A stretch of DNA of 64,000 nt from Candidatus Binatia bacterium (GTDB taxonomy: Bacteria; Desulfobacterota; Binatia; UBA9968; JAJDTQ01): the NCBI GenBank assembly GCA_963666515.2, contig OY762897.2:2112001-2176000 (forward strand), given 5' to 3'. The notes beneath the pieces were generated by a model. The model ran no database searches, was not told the DNA's origin, and was given only the letters and a program-made list of their open reading frames with translations. Each line of letters starts with the position of its first letter. The stretch's first letter is position 1. The position numbers and the translations under genes were made by a program. This document shows positions 1-8,320 of the stretch, one piece after another.

Positions 1-2680
1 TGAAGCAACGGCCGACGTAGATGCGCTCCAGCACCTCGTCGTTTCGGTCATGGGCGGCATGCAGGTCGTCCGGCATACGCTCCGGGTCGTAGAGATCGGC
101 GATCGTCGCAGGGAAATACGCCTCGCGCACCAGCAAGATATCTTCGGCACACCGCGTCAGGTCCGCCTTGTTCGTCTCGGTGAGCGTCGGTACGGGGAAC
201 GTGTTCCAGCCAAGGGTATTTGAATATGAGAAATCCGTCCTCAACCGAACACAAACCGTGCCGATCCAGACCCAATGAAGCCTCGACGCGATCAGCGCCA
301 TGTTCCAGAGCGGAGCGTCGTAGAGAGCGAAGTTCCGGTCTCCTATAATTGTGCCGCCCGCCACTAAACCGACCGGCAGATAGGGACGATTCTCCGACGA
401 GACGCGGGGGACGACGATCGCCGTCTCCGATCCGGACTGACGAATTTCGCCGAATTGATGAGGTGTTTCCGCGAGTTGCTTTGTAGTAGGGCGATTAGAC
501 GCTGCTCGCTGCGCACGAACGGCCTCGAACCGCGCGGCCAGCCATTCGCTGTCCATGGCTTCCGGACAATCTTCATCAGTGACCCATATACATCGTCGTT
601 CCGTGCCGCTGATGAATTCCTGCGAGCCTATAAATGGCCGAATGAAGCGACGATCTACGCCATGACGTTCAATCGCATCCTCCGCCTCGGAATGGTTCAA
701 CAACAGACACCCCCCTTCATTGGGCATGTTGCCAAAGCTCATTCCGCCCAGATCCGCCATCGGTTTGCTGGCGGGACGCACCAGGACATCTGGTCCGCTG
801 ACCAAGTAAGGGTTGATGTTCCCTGTTTCGCGAACCGTTGTTTGTTCTGTGGTCTCGATGGAATACAGCTTGCGGACGGGACCTGCGTTGTTGGAGACTC
901 CGACGATTACAACGGTCACGCCGGCATTGTGACTCGCTAGATTGGCCCACTTGAAACTCGTGTGCGCGAAGGGAATTCCGTGGCCACTCTCAAACATGAG
1001 CGACCAGAGCGTTTCGACCTGACGGCCCTGGCAGATTGAGTTCGTGGAAACGAAAGCCGAGACTGTCGTCGTATGGACGCCATAGTCAGCAGCCTTCATG
1101 AACCAGCCGGCAACATAGTCAAGGGATTTCCACTTCCTCGTCCGGCCCTCGAAGACGCTTCTCAGGTCCGCTTTTTGTTCCACAGTTTGCCATTGGCTCC
1201 CACGGTACGGCGGGTTCCCACAGATGTATGTTTCACCACCTTCGTTCTCAAAATCGATCTCGGCCTGATCGACCGGCGTGTGGAAGAGATCGGTAGCGCG
1301 GTGCTTCACTCCTGCCCCTGTGGGCGGGCAGATGCTGCGCCAGTCAATCCGCAGGGCATTGCCAGTCGTTATCCAGTTCATGGCGTCGAGCGGCAAGAAC
1401 TCGGCCAGCGCTTCTCTTTGCCCACGATAGAGGACATCACACTGATACTCAGCGATGATAAGAGCAAGACGTGCGATCTCGGCCGGGAAATCCCGTATCT
1501 CGATCCCGCGAAAGTTGGTCAACGGGATGTCGGATCGGCGTTCACCCTCCCGGCGCCGCTTGTTGATCTCCGCTTCAATCGCACGCATCTCCTTGTAGGC
1601 GATCACCAGGAAATTGCCGGAACCACAGGCCGGATCAAACACCCGGATGCAGGCCATGCGGTTGCGAAGATTCAGGAGCTTCCGGCGGTTGCCACCAGCC
1701 TCTTCGAGCTTATCGCGCAGATCGTCGAGGAATAGTGGATTGAGGACCTTCAGGATGTTCGGCACGCTGGTGTAGTGCATGCCCAAAGCACCGCGTTCCT
1801 CGTCGTCGGCGACCGCCTGGATCATCGATCCGAAGATGTCCGGGTTGATTTTCGTCCAGTCCAGACTGGCCATGTGGAGCAGGTAGGACCGCGCGATCCT
1901 GCTGAAACGCGGCACGTCCGTCGAGCCCGAGAAGAGTCCGCCGTTCACGTACGGGAACACCTCGGCCCAACGGTAGATCTTTGCTGCCTCCCGTTCCTTC
2001 GCATCAATGTTCATGGCGCGGAAGATCTCGCCGACTACCTCGTGGGTGTTCGAACCGTCCCGCGCGCTCATTTGCTCGATCGTCTGAGTGAACAGGCTCT
2101 TGCCAGTGAAGATATCTGTATCTTCGGCGAAGAAACAGAAGATGAGACGCGCCATGAAATGGTTCATCTCATGCTGGCGATCCGCAGCACCCCAGTCAGG
2201 GTTGTCCTTCAGCAACTCGACATAGAGCCGATTCAGGCGTCCGGTCGCTTTGATGTCGAAGGCGTTCTCGCGGATCTGCTTGACGGTCGTGATTCCGGCA
2301 AGCGGCAGAAAAAGTCCGAAATGATCGGGGAAATCGGGATAGTCGCAGACGACGACCTCGCCGCTGTTCAGGTCTTCGGCCTGGAAGTCCTTGCCATCCG
2401 TGGCGAGGACAAATTTCGCCATGGAGCGGGTTGTTGCTGGGCTCGCTTTCAGCGCGGCCAGCGTCGCCGCTGCTTTGCCTTCAGAGGATACCTTGATGTG
2501 AATGTTGTTGCGCTGGAGAACGCCACCTATGTCGGAGTTGTTCGTTGCCCCGGTACGCAGGCGCTTGATGGTAGTCGCCTTGTTACCGAAGGCTTCGAGA
2601 AACGCGAAAGGGAACTCAACGGGGTCGAAAGGCTCCACCGCAAGAGCCGAAATGGCCTCTTCTATCTCAACGGCATTCAT
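1..2680 (-). CDS. MmeI/YeeA-like N6-adenine DNA methyltransferase (3' end runs off window)
   Basis: Not in ORF track; translated in part by hand from ATG 2680 (MNAVEIEEAISALAVEPFD). Motif I VFDPACGSGNF near 1630, motif IV YICGNPPY near 1215, and C-terminal YSNTLGWNTFP..IADLYDP are in the same frame as the start. Confidence 0.9.
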   Translation of the reverse strand, partial: MNAVEIEEAISALAVEPFDPVEFPFAFLEAFGNKATTIKRLRTGATNNSDIGGVLQRNNIHIKVSSEGKAAATLAALKASPATTRSMAKFVLATDGKDFQAEDLNSGEVVVCDYPDFPDHFGLFLPLAGITTVKQIRENAFDIKATGRLNRLYVELLKDNPDWGAADRQHEMNHFMARLIFCFFAEDTDIFTGKSLFTQTIEQMSARDGSNTHEVVGEIFRAMNIDAKEREAAKIYRWAEVFPYVNGGLFSGSTDVPRFSRIARSYLLHMASLDWTKINPDIFGSMIQAVADDEERGALGMHYTSVPNILKVLNPLFLDDLRDKLEEAGGNRRKLLNLRNRMACIRVFDPACGSGNFLVIAYKEMRAIEAEINKRRREGERRSDIPLTNFRGIEIRDFPAEIARLALIIAEYQCDVLYRGQREALAEFLPLDAMNWITTGNALRIDWRSICPPTGAGVKHRATDLFHTPVDQAEIDFENEGGETYICGNPPYRGSQWQTVEQKADLRSVFEGRTRKWKSLDYVAGWFMKAADYGVHTTTVSAFVSTNSICQGRQVETLWSLMFESGHGIPFAHTSFKWANLASHNAGVTVVIVGVSNNAGPVRKLYSIETTEQTTVRETGNINPYLVSGPDVLVRPASKPMADLGGMSFGNMPNEGGCLLLNHSEAEDAIERHGVDRRFIRPFIGSQEFISGTERRCIWVTDEDCPEAMDSEWLAARFEAVRAQRAASNRPTTKQLAETPHQFGEIRQSGSETAIVVPRVSSENRPYLPVGLVAGGTIIGDRNFALYDAPLWNMALIASRLHWVWIGTVCVRLRTDFSYSNTLGWNTFPVPTLTETNKADLTRCAEDILLVREAYFPATIADLYDPERMPDDLHAAHDRNDEVLERIYVGRCF

Positions 2681-2999
2681 CGGTCATCACAGAGCACAGA
2701 CACCTGTCGGCTATGCTGACGCAGCTCCAACTCAACGGCTAAAACGTCGTTGTAAAACCGGTCGGTCATTTGTCTGACCTTGTATCACCCCGGCATGTAT
2801 AGGATGGAATCGTCAACCGTCTCATCTGGCACGTCCACTCCTGCGCCGAACACGACCGACCGCGCGAAGCCCAATCGGGCTTCGCCAGTGATAGCCGATG
2901 CCAGTGTCCGGGCGCTCAACGACCGATGCTCGACCAGCGCCCGAGCCGATGTCGCTGGAATCCTGTCTCCGTTCGCCGCCAAAGTCACCGCCCCCTTCG

Positions 3000-3296
3000 C
3001 TATGATGCCTCACGGTCACGCCGCTCACGGCGAGATTCGGCAATTTCGGCGACGGTCTGCTCCATAATCTCATCCTCGGTGCGACCGATGTTGTCAAGCG
3101 ACTGCTCCGCCGCCAAAAAATGAGCGGCGATACGATCAGCGACGCTTGCTCTGTAGACAATCTCCATCGGACGGAGCAAAATCCCGTTTCCCATGATCGT
3201 GGCCTCCATGACATCGCCCTCTTGCAGATTCATCCCCCTGCGGAGCTTGGCGGGTATGGTGACCTGGAACTTCGGTTTGACGGTGACCAACGGCAT
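3000..3296 (-). CDS. AbrB/MazE/SpoVT-family DNA-binding (antitoxin-like) protein
   Basis: MPLVTVKPKFQVTIPAKLRRGMNLQEGD swapped-hairpin signature; start reassigned to ATG 3296. Confidence 0.85.
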   Translation of the reverse strand: MPLVTVKPKFQVTIPAKLRRGMNLQEGDVMEATIMGNGILLRPMEIVYRASVADRIAAHFLAAEQSLDNIGRTEDEIMEQTVAEIAESRRERRDREAS

Positions 3297-3381
3297 AACA
3301 GACCCCACTTGGAAAGTTGGAATTTCCTTATTTCTACCATCGGACGCCTGAACGGACAAGCTCCGACCAGCCATTCCCGCC

Positions 3382-4701
3382 TCACTCCTCCGCCAACCCC
3401 TCCGGCGTGAGCTCCCGGACCCCACGGTTGGCTACCGCGGTCACCGCCACCACGGCCACCATCATCACCCCACCCAAGATCACCGCCGACGGCGCGCCGG
3501 CCAAGGCGCCCAGAAACGGCGACAGGTGGTCCCGGGACAAGCCGGCGACGGCGCCCATCTGCAGTTGCCCCAGCGGGAGGACGACGCTGTAGTTCATGCC
3601 CCAGATGGCCATGACGCGGCCGCGATAGTCGTCAGGGACGCGTGTCTGGACGGAGGTCTGGGTGCTTATCATGAAGATGGAGAGGCCGACGCCGGCCATC
3701 AGGAGCAGGCACAATGCCAGCGGATAGATAGCGGATAACCCGAACAGGGTAAGGAAGAACGCCTGGATTCCGGCGCCCAGGAGGATCAGCCAGCCGCGTC
3801 TGGGGAAGTAGCCCAGGTTGGCGCCGATCAGGGCGCCGATCAGGGCGCCGATGCCACTGACCACGTACAGGTTGCCCAAGGTCGTGCCGTCGCCTCGGAA
3901 CACCACATCGGCGAAGACCGGCAGGAGCGCGGTGTGGGAAGCAAGGAAGAAGATGTCCAGGTAGTTCAAGCCGATGAGGGTGCGGAAGATCCTGCGGGTC
4001 CAGACGAACGAGAGCCCGCCCAGAAGGGTGCGCAGGAAGCTACCGCCCCCGGTACGCTCGATGACCGGCACCCGCACGGGGAGGAGCAGCAGACCGAACG
4101 CTAGGTAGGTGGTGGCGGCCACGTAGTAGGCCGCTCCGGCGCCTGCCAGGGGAGAGCCTATGTACCACCCCACGTAGTCGATGGTGAACCCTGCCAAGGC
4201 AGGGCCGAAGATGCGGGTGCCGGGCCAAATCATGGAGTTCAGGCTCACGGCGTTCATCAGGTGCGAGCGGTCCAGGAGGTGTGGAAACAGCGCCTGGCGG
4301 GCGGGATGATCGAAGGCCTGTATGCCGCCGTGGATGAAGGCCACCGCAAACACGTGCCAGACCCGCACCCATCCTGTTACCACCAGCGTCGCTATGGCGA
4401 ACAACAGGAGCGCGGTGACGTGCTGGAGCAGCATGAGGAAGCGCCGCAGTTCCAGCTTGTCGGCAGCGGCGCCTCCGAAGAGCGTCAATGCGATCGCGGG
4501 CGTAGCGGCCACTAGCCCTATGGCGCCCAGCACATACTCGGACCGAGTGAGCTCCCAAGCCAACCAGCCGTGAGCCAGAATCACCATCTGGTGGCCGGCC
4601 ACCGCGGTGAGGTGTCCGAACCAGTAAAGGCGAAAGCCGCGGTAGCGTAGGACTCGGAAGACGTGCAGCTTGTCACCGATGCGTGCGAACCTGTGCCTCA
4701 T
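3382..4701 (-). CDS. MFS transporter
   Basis: About 12 hydrophobic segments, GGAAADKLELRR and DYRGRVMAIW motifs; start uncertain (4701 or 4731). Confidence 0.9.
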   Translation of the reverse strand: MRHRFARIGDKLHVFRVLRYRGFRLYWFGHLTAVAGHQMVILAHGWLAWELTRSEYVLGAIGLVAATPAIALTLFGGAAADKLELRRFLMLLQHVTALLLFAIATLVVTGWVRVWHVFAVAFIHGGIQAFDHPARQALFPHLLDRSHLMNAVSLNSMIWPGTRIFGPALAGFTIDYVGWYIGSPLAGAGAAYYVAATTYLAFGLLLLPVRVPVIERTGGGSFLRTLLGGLSFVWTRRIFRTLIGLNYLDIFFLASHTALLPVFADVVFRGDGTTLGNLYVVSGIGALIGALIGANLGYFPRRGWLILLGAGIQAFFLTLFGLSAIYPLALCLLLMAGVGLSIFMISTQTSVQTRVPDDYRGRVMAIWGMNYSVVLPLGQLQMGAVAGLSRDHLSPFLGALAGAPSAVILGGVMMVAVVAVTAVANRGVRELTPEGLAEE

Positions 4702-4843
4702 CAAAAGCACTACCAAGGGAGACCTCAACAATAGAATGTCGACCGTAGAGCTAACGAAGACCCGATCTCAATCGTAAACCCTGGTTGACCTGCCTTCTTA
4801 GTGGTTGGGCTTCTTCAAGCGCCGTCACAACGCCAAACAAACG

Positions 4844-4872
4844 AAAGCCGAGCCCCTAAGAGCTCGGCCTTT
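4844..4872 (-). terminator. Intrinsic terminator-like hairpin
   Basis: GCCGAGC/GCTCGGC stem with T-rich tail on the minus strand, downstream of the 4947 stop. Confidence 0.65.
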
Positions 4873-4946
4873 GTACTCGTTGAGGTAGGTTGGTGCCACA
4901 TGGAGAAGTGCCCTGTGTCCCGACCGACGTCCATTAATACCGCATC

Positions 4947-5855
4947 TTACACGCCAACTACCTCTCGGAAAATTAGAAGCGGAGTAATACCAAAATAACC
5001 TTCTGGCCGACCAAGTAGGTTCTTCGTCGTCGGCCCAAGAAGGGTCATCATTTTAGCCGCAATCTCCTGACCGTCGGAGAAATCCGGTTCCTCTTCCGTA
5101 TAAGCAGAACGCTCAGGCTTGGCATCTAGAATCCCCAACGCGTACCACTCACCAGGAATTTGCGTCCCATGTTTCAAAGTGATGTCGCTTGCAAGCGTAG
5201 ACATTCCATCTTGACTGAGACTACACCATACGTTTGCCGCACCCGAAATTTTCGCCTGGATTGTATGAGGCATTATCGAAAGAAGATCTATCACCAAATC
5301 CAAATTGTCCGTTGTTGGAGAGTTGGAGACGTTCTGTGCCCTCCGTTCTCTTCTATTCCGCGCCGCCGGTTGTTGGCCAGCCTTGATCAAAGTCTGAACA
5401 CTTCTTAGTTTCCACGTCCGCTCCATCAATTGCAGGTCGGTGATCGAGAGACTACCGGAACACAGCACAAACTGGCCCATGTTGGCCTCGGCAACATTCC
5501 TGTGAATCATCTCTCGTTCACTCAAATAGTCGAGGAACGTGCGAGCGTTGGCCCAGATGGGATCATACACTCTTTGACTTTCGTGTTGGAAGCCGGCACC
5601 GGTCTCGCTCGTTTTTTCACCTTCGGCTGTAGCAATCAGTGGTACGCCGCCAACTGCCTTGATTGTGCCAGTGGTCCGCTTTGATCCTTGAGCCGACTCG
5701 TTTTGGACGATTTCCTTCAGTTGTCCTGAACTATCAAATTGTGACAGGAACGAAGCAATTCGCCTTGCATCATAATAGAGAAAATCAAAGACGGAATCGG
5801 TGTTTAGTCCGTCTTGCTCCTCTGTTGATGGAGTCTTCAGTTTTCTCGACGTCAC
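4947..5855 (-). CDS. Hypothetical protein (possibly DUF6414-like)
   Basis: 302-aa ORF in AT-richer DNA, N-terminal FDFLYYDARRIASFLSQF; family guess is from memory only. Confidence 0.7.
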   Translation of the reverse strand: MTSRKLKTPSTEEQDGLNTDSVFDFLYYDARRIASFLSQFDSSGQLKEIVQNESAQGSKRTTGTIKAVGGVPLIATAEGEKTSETGAGFQHESQRVYDPIWANARTFLDYLSEREMIHRNVAEANMGQFVLCSGSLSITDLQLMERTWKLRSVQTLIKAGQQPAARNRRERRAQNVSNSPTTDNLDLVIDLLSIMPHTIQAKISGAANVWCSLSQDGMSTLASDITLKHGTQIPGEWYALGILDAKPERSAYTEEEPDFSDGQEIAAKMMTLLGPTTKNLLGRPEGYFGITPLLIFREVVGV

Positions 5856-5994
5856 GTTCTACCTCTTCTGCGTCGTTCTTGGTTTGTTCAATCTCTGACC
5901 AGACTTCCGTCGGCTCAAAAGCAAGAAGCCCTTCGAAAGCGTGCCCAGCGGTCTTCTTCTTAATACTGCGCTTCCGTTTAGGCTCTTTGCTCAT
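5785..5994 (-). CDS. Small charged hypothetical protein overlapping the next gene
   Basis: 69 aa, AAGGAG RBS upstream, basic termini and acidic helical core. Confidence 0.6.
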   Translation of the reverse strand: MSKEPKRKRSIKKKTAGHAFEGLLAFEPTEVWSEIEQTKNDAEEVERDVEKTEDSINRGARRTKHRFRL

Positions 5995-6169
5995 GATGAG
6001 AGGATCTCCTTAGAACGCAGTTACCGAAAGATTTCCATCAACAAGTCCAAATGTGACGGCCCACAGGGCCTCACATCTTCTTTAGTCGCAATTTACTCCG
6101 GGCCGTTGTCTTAGCCAGCGGAACTAGGCTTGTTGCCAAGACCATTCAAAACATGCCCCTATCACCCCT

Positions 6170-7036
6170 TTACAGCTTTACCAGATCCGAGTAGCTCGCC
6201 TGGGAGTCGGGCTTGAGGCCGTAGCCGGCCATCCAGTTGCGCGCCCGGTTGAACTCCTCTTCAGTGTAGTCCTCGGGGTAGACGTAGTCCAGCCGGTTGA
6301 GATTCAGATCCTCGAACTTGAAGTCGCCGATGAGGTCGCCGGGGATGTCGCGCAGCAGGAGCGCGGCATGCTTCCTGAGGTCGGAGTTGATCTCGTCCAC
6401 GGAACGCCGCAACGCGCGGAATATCGCCTCGCGCGTATCCTCGGCGTCGTCGGCGTTGACGAACAGCAGACCCCAGTACTTGGACTCGGCCAGCACGCGG
6501 CAGCCGCGTTTCTCGGCGAGGCTGATGAACGGCTCCATCAGGGTGGCGGCCTCCACCTCGCCGTTCAGCAGCATCCGGGTACGGATGGCGGGTCCGCCGT
6601 CGTGCCGCAACCGCACCCGGTCCTTGTCGACGTGGCCTTCCAGCATCTTGTAGGTCATGTAGTGGGAACCGGTCTGGTCCTGGATGGAGATGGGCGCGTC
6701 TGCCAAGTCGTCAAGCCGGTGGTACGACGAGTCGCCCCGCACGATGATGGCCATGGTGGCCACGCTCTCGCGCCGGCCCAGGATCCAGCCGTCGCGCTCG
6801 CCGTCGGCCGCGCGCTTGATCACGCCCCACTCGCACTTGTTGTAGCCTTCCAGGTCACCGCACTCGTAGTCCGAGGCGATGGGGCGCTCGAACACGTCCG
6901 CGGGCTGGAGCTGGGAGTCCGGTGTCACCACTTCCGCGTCGATCCCCTCCGCGGCCATGAAGCCCTTTTCCACGCCCACGTCCCAGGGCAGCGTCCACAC
7001 GGTCCCTTCGCTGGTGACTCTGATCTTGCGCGACAT
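6170..7036 (-). CDS. ABC substrate-binding protein, NMT1/SsuA-like
   Basis: LPWDVGVEKGFMAAEGID, GSHY, VEAATLMEPF; GGAGG RBS before ATG. Confidence 0.8.
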   Translation of the reverse strand: MSRKIRVTSEGTVWTLPWDVGVEKGFMAAEGIDAEVVTPDSQLQPADVFERPIASDYECGDLEGYNKCEWGVIKRAADGERDGWILGRRESVATMAIIVRGDSSYHRLDDLADAPISIQDQTGSHYMTYKMLEGHVDKDRVRLRHDGGPAIRTRMLLNGEVEAATLMEPFISLAEKRGCRVLAESKYWGLLFVNADDAEDTREAIFRALRRSVDEINSDLRKHAALLLRDIPGDLIGDFKFEDLNLNRLDYVYPEDYTEEEFNRARNWMAGYGLKPDSQASYSDLVKL

Positions 7037-7175
7037 GATGACCCGACCTCCGATTGTGTTGGATTGATTCGGGGAGACTAGCATACCGGCTCCGATGATG
7101 GAACAATTCCGGGCTGAAGGGTGACTTTCCTCCGTTCACGCTTCGACATCACAACCCAGTCAAGGAGACTCGTGC

Positions 7176-8174
7176 ATGCATACCTGTGCCATCGACATTC
7201 ACCACCACTACATGCCGCCGGGCCTGATCGAGGAGCTGAAGGTCCACGGCCAGGCCGTGGGCACGGAGGTGGGCCAAACCCCGGAAGGGCTGAATACCCT
7301 GACCATCGGAAGCGGGCCGAGCTTCGTGGTGCCGCCGCCGCTCATGGACGTGGCCAAGCGGCTGGAGAACATGGACAAGGGCAAGATCGCCCTGGCGACC
7401 CTGGAGCCCCACACCGCATGCCTGGGCTACCGGCTCAACCCGGAGCAGGGCGAGGCGTGGTGCAACCTCTACAACGAGGGGCTGATGGAGCTGCGGAGGC
7501 GGCACCCGGACCGTTTCGCCGCGCTTGCGGCGGTGCCGTTGCAGGATCCGAAGCGTGCGGCCAAGGTGCTGGAGCGCGGCATCCTGGAGCACAAGCTGGC
7601 CGGGGCCTACATCGGCACCAACGTGAACGGCGAGTACTACCGGAGCCACGAGTTCGACGCCTTCTGGGGCAAGGCCCAGGAACTGGACGCGCTCATCGTC
7701 ATGCACCCCGAGGACATCGCAGGGCTGGAACGCATGGGCGCCTACGGCCTGTTCCTGATCTGCGGCAATCCCGCGGACACGGCCCTGTCGCTGGGGTTCA
7801 TGACCTACAGCGGCGTGTTCGACCGGTTCCCCGACCTGAAGCTCTGCACGCTCCACGGCGGCGGCTTCTTCCCCTACCACCTGGGGCGTTTCGACCAGGG
7901 ATTCGGAGTGCGGCCGGGGGCCGCGGACGCGGAGGCGGAGAACAAGCCCAGCGCCTACCTGAAAAACCTTTACTCCGACGCGCTGGTGTACCGTGTCGAC
8001 ACCCTGGAGTACCTGAAGAGCCTGCTGGGGTGGGAGCACCTGATGGTGGGGACGGACTACCCCTATCCGCTGGGCGACTGGAACGCGGTGGAGAAGGTGG
8101 AGGGGCTGGATTGTTCGGACGAGGAGAAGCTGGCGATCCTGGAGGGGAATGCGAGGCGGCTGTTGAAGTTGTAG
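7176..8174 (+). CDS. Amidohydrolase_2 family (ACMSD-like)
   Basis: DIHHH, MHP, HGGGFFPY, GTDYPY motifs. Confidence 0.9.
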   Translation: MHTCAIDIHHHYMPPGLIEELKVHGQAVGTEVGQTPEGLNTLTIGSGPSFVVPPPLMDVAKRLENMDKGKIALATLEPHTACLGYRLNPEQGEAWCNLYNEGLMELRRRHPDRFAALAAVPLQDPKRAAKVLERGILEHKLAGAYIGTNVNGEYYRSHEFDAFWGKAQELDALIVMHPEDIAGLERMGAYGLFLICGNPADTALSLGFMTYSGVFDRFPDLKLCTLHGGGFFPYHLGRFDQGFGVRPGAADAEAENKPSAYLKNLYSDALVYRVDTLEYLKSLLGWEHLMVGTDYPYPLGDWNAVEKVEGLDCSDEEKLAILEGNARRLLKL

Positions 8175-8187
8175 AGGCAGGGGGGGC

Positions 8188-8265
8188 CGCCGGATGCCGG
8201 GGTGAGGCCCGGGAAGACGAAGGGCGGACCCAACGTCTTCCCGGGCCTCACCCCGGCATCCGGCG
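8188..8265. repeat. Perfect 32-bp inverted repeat (REP doublet-like)
   Basis: CGCCGGATGCCGGGGTGAGGCCCGGGAAGACG, 14-nt spacer, exact reverse complement; lies between convergent genes. Confidence 0.9.
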
Positions 8266-8320
8266 AAGGCGGTGGTATGCGACGATCATGGTCGTTCGTT
8301 CCGCCCCTGGCGTGGAAAGG

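Noticed and set aside
3820-3855. 12-bp tandem repeat (GGCGCCGATCAG)
   Set aside because: In-frame IGAL repeats within an MFS helix
4890-4925. TGGTGCC as a possible tRNA 3' remnant or att site
   Set aside because: No T-arm motif, no matching direct repeat and no integrase
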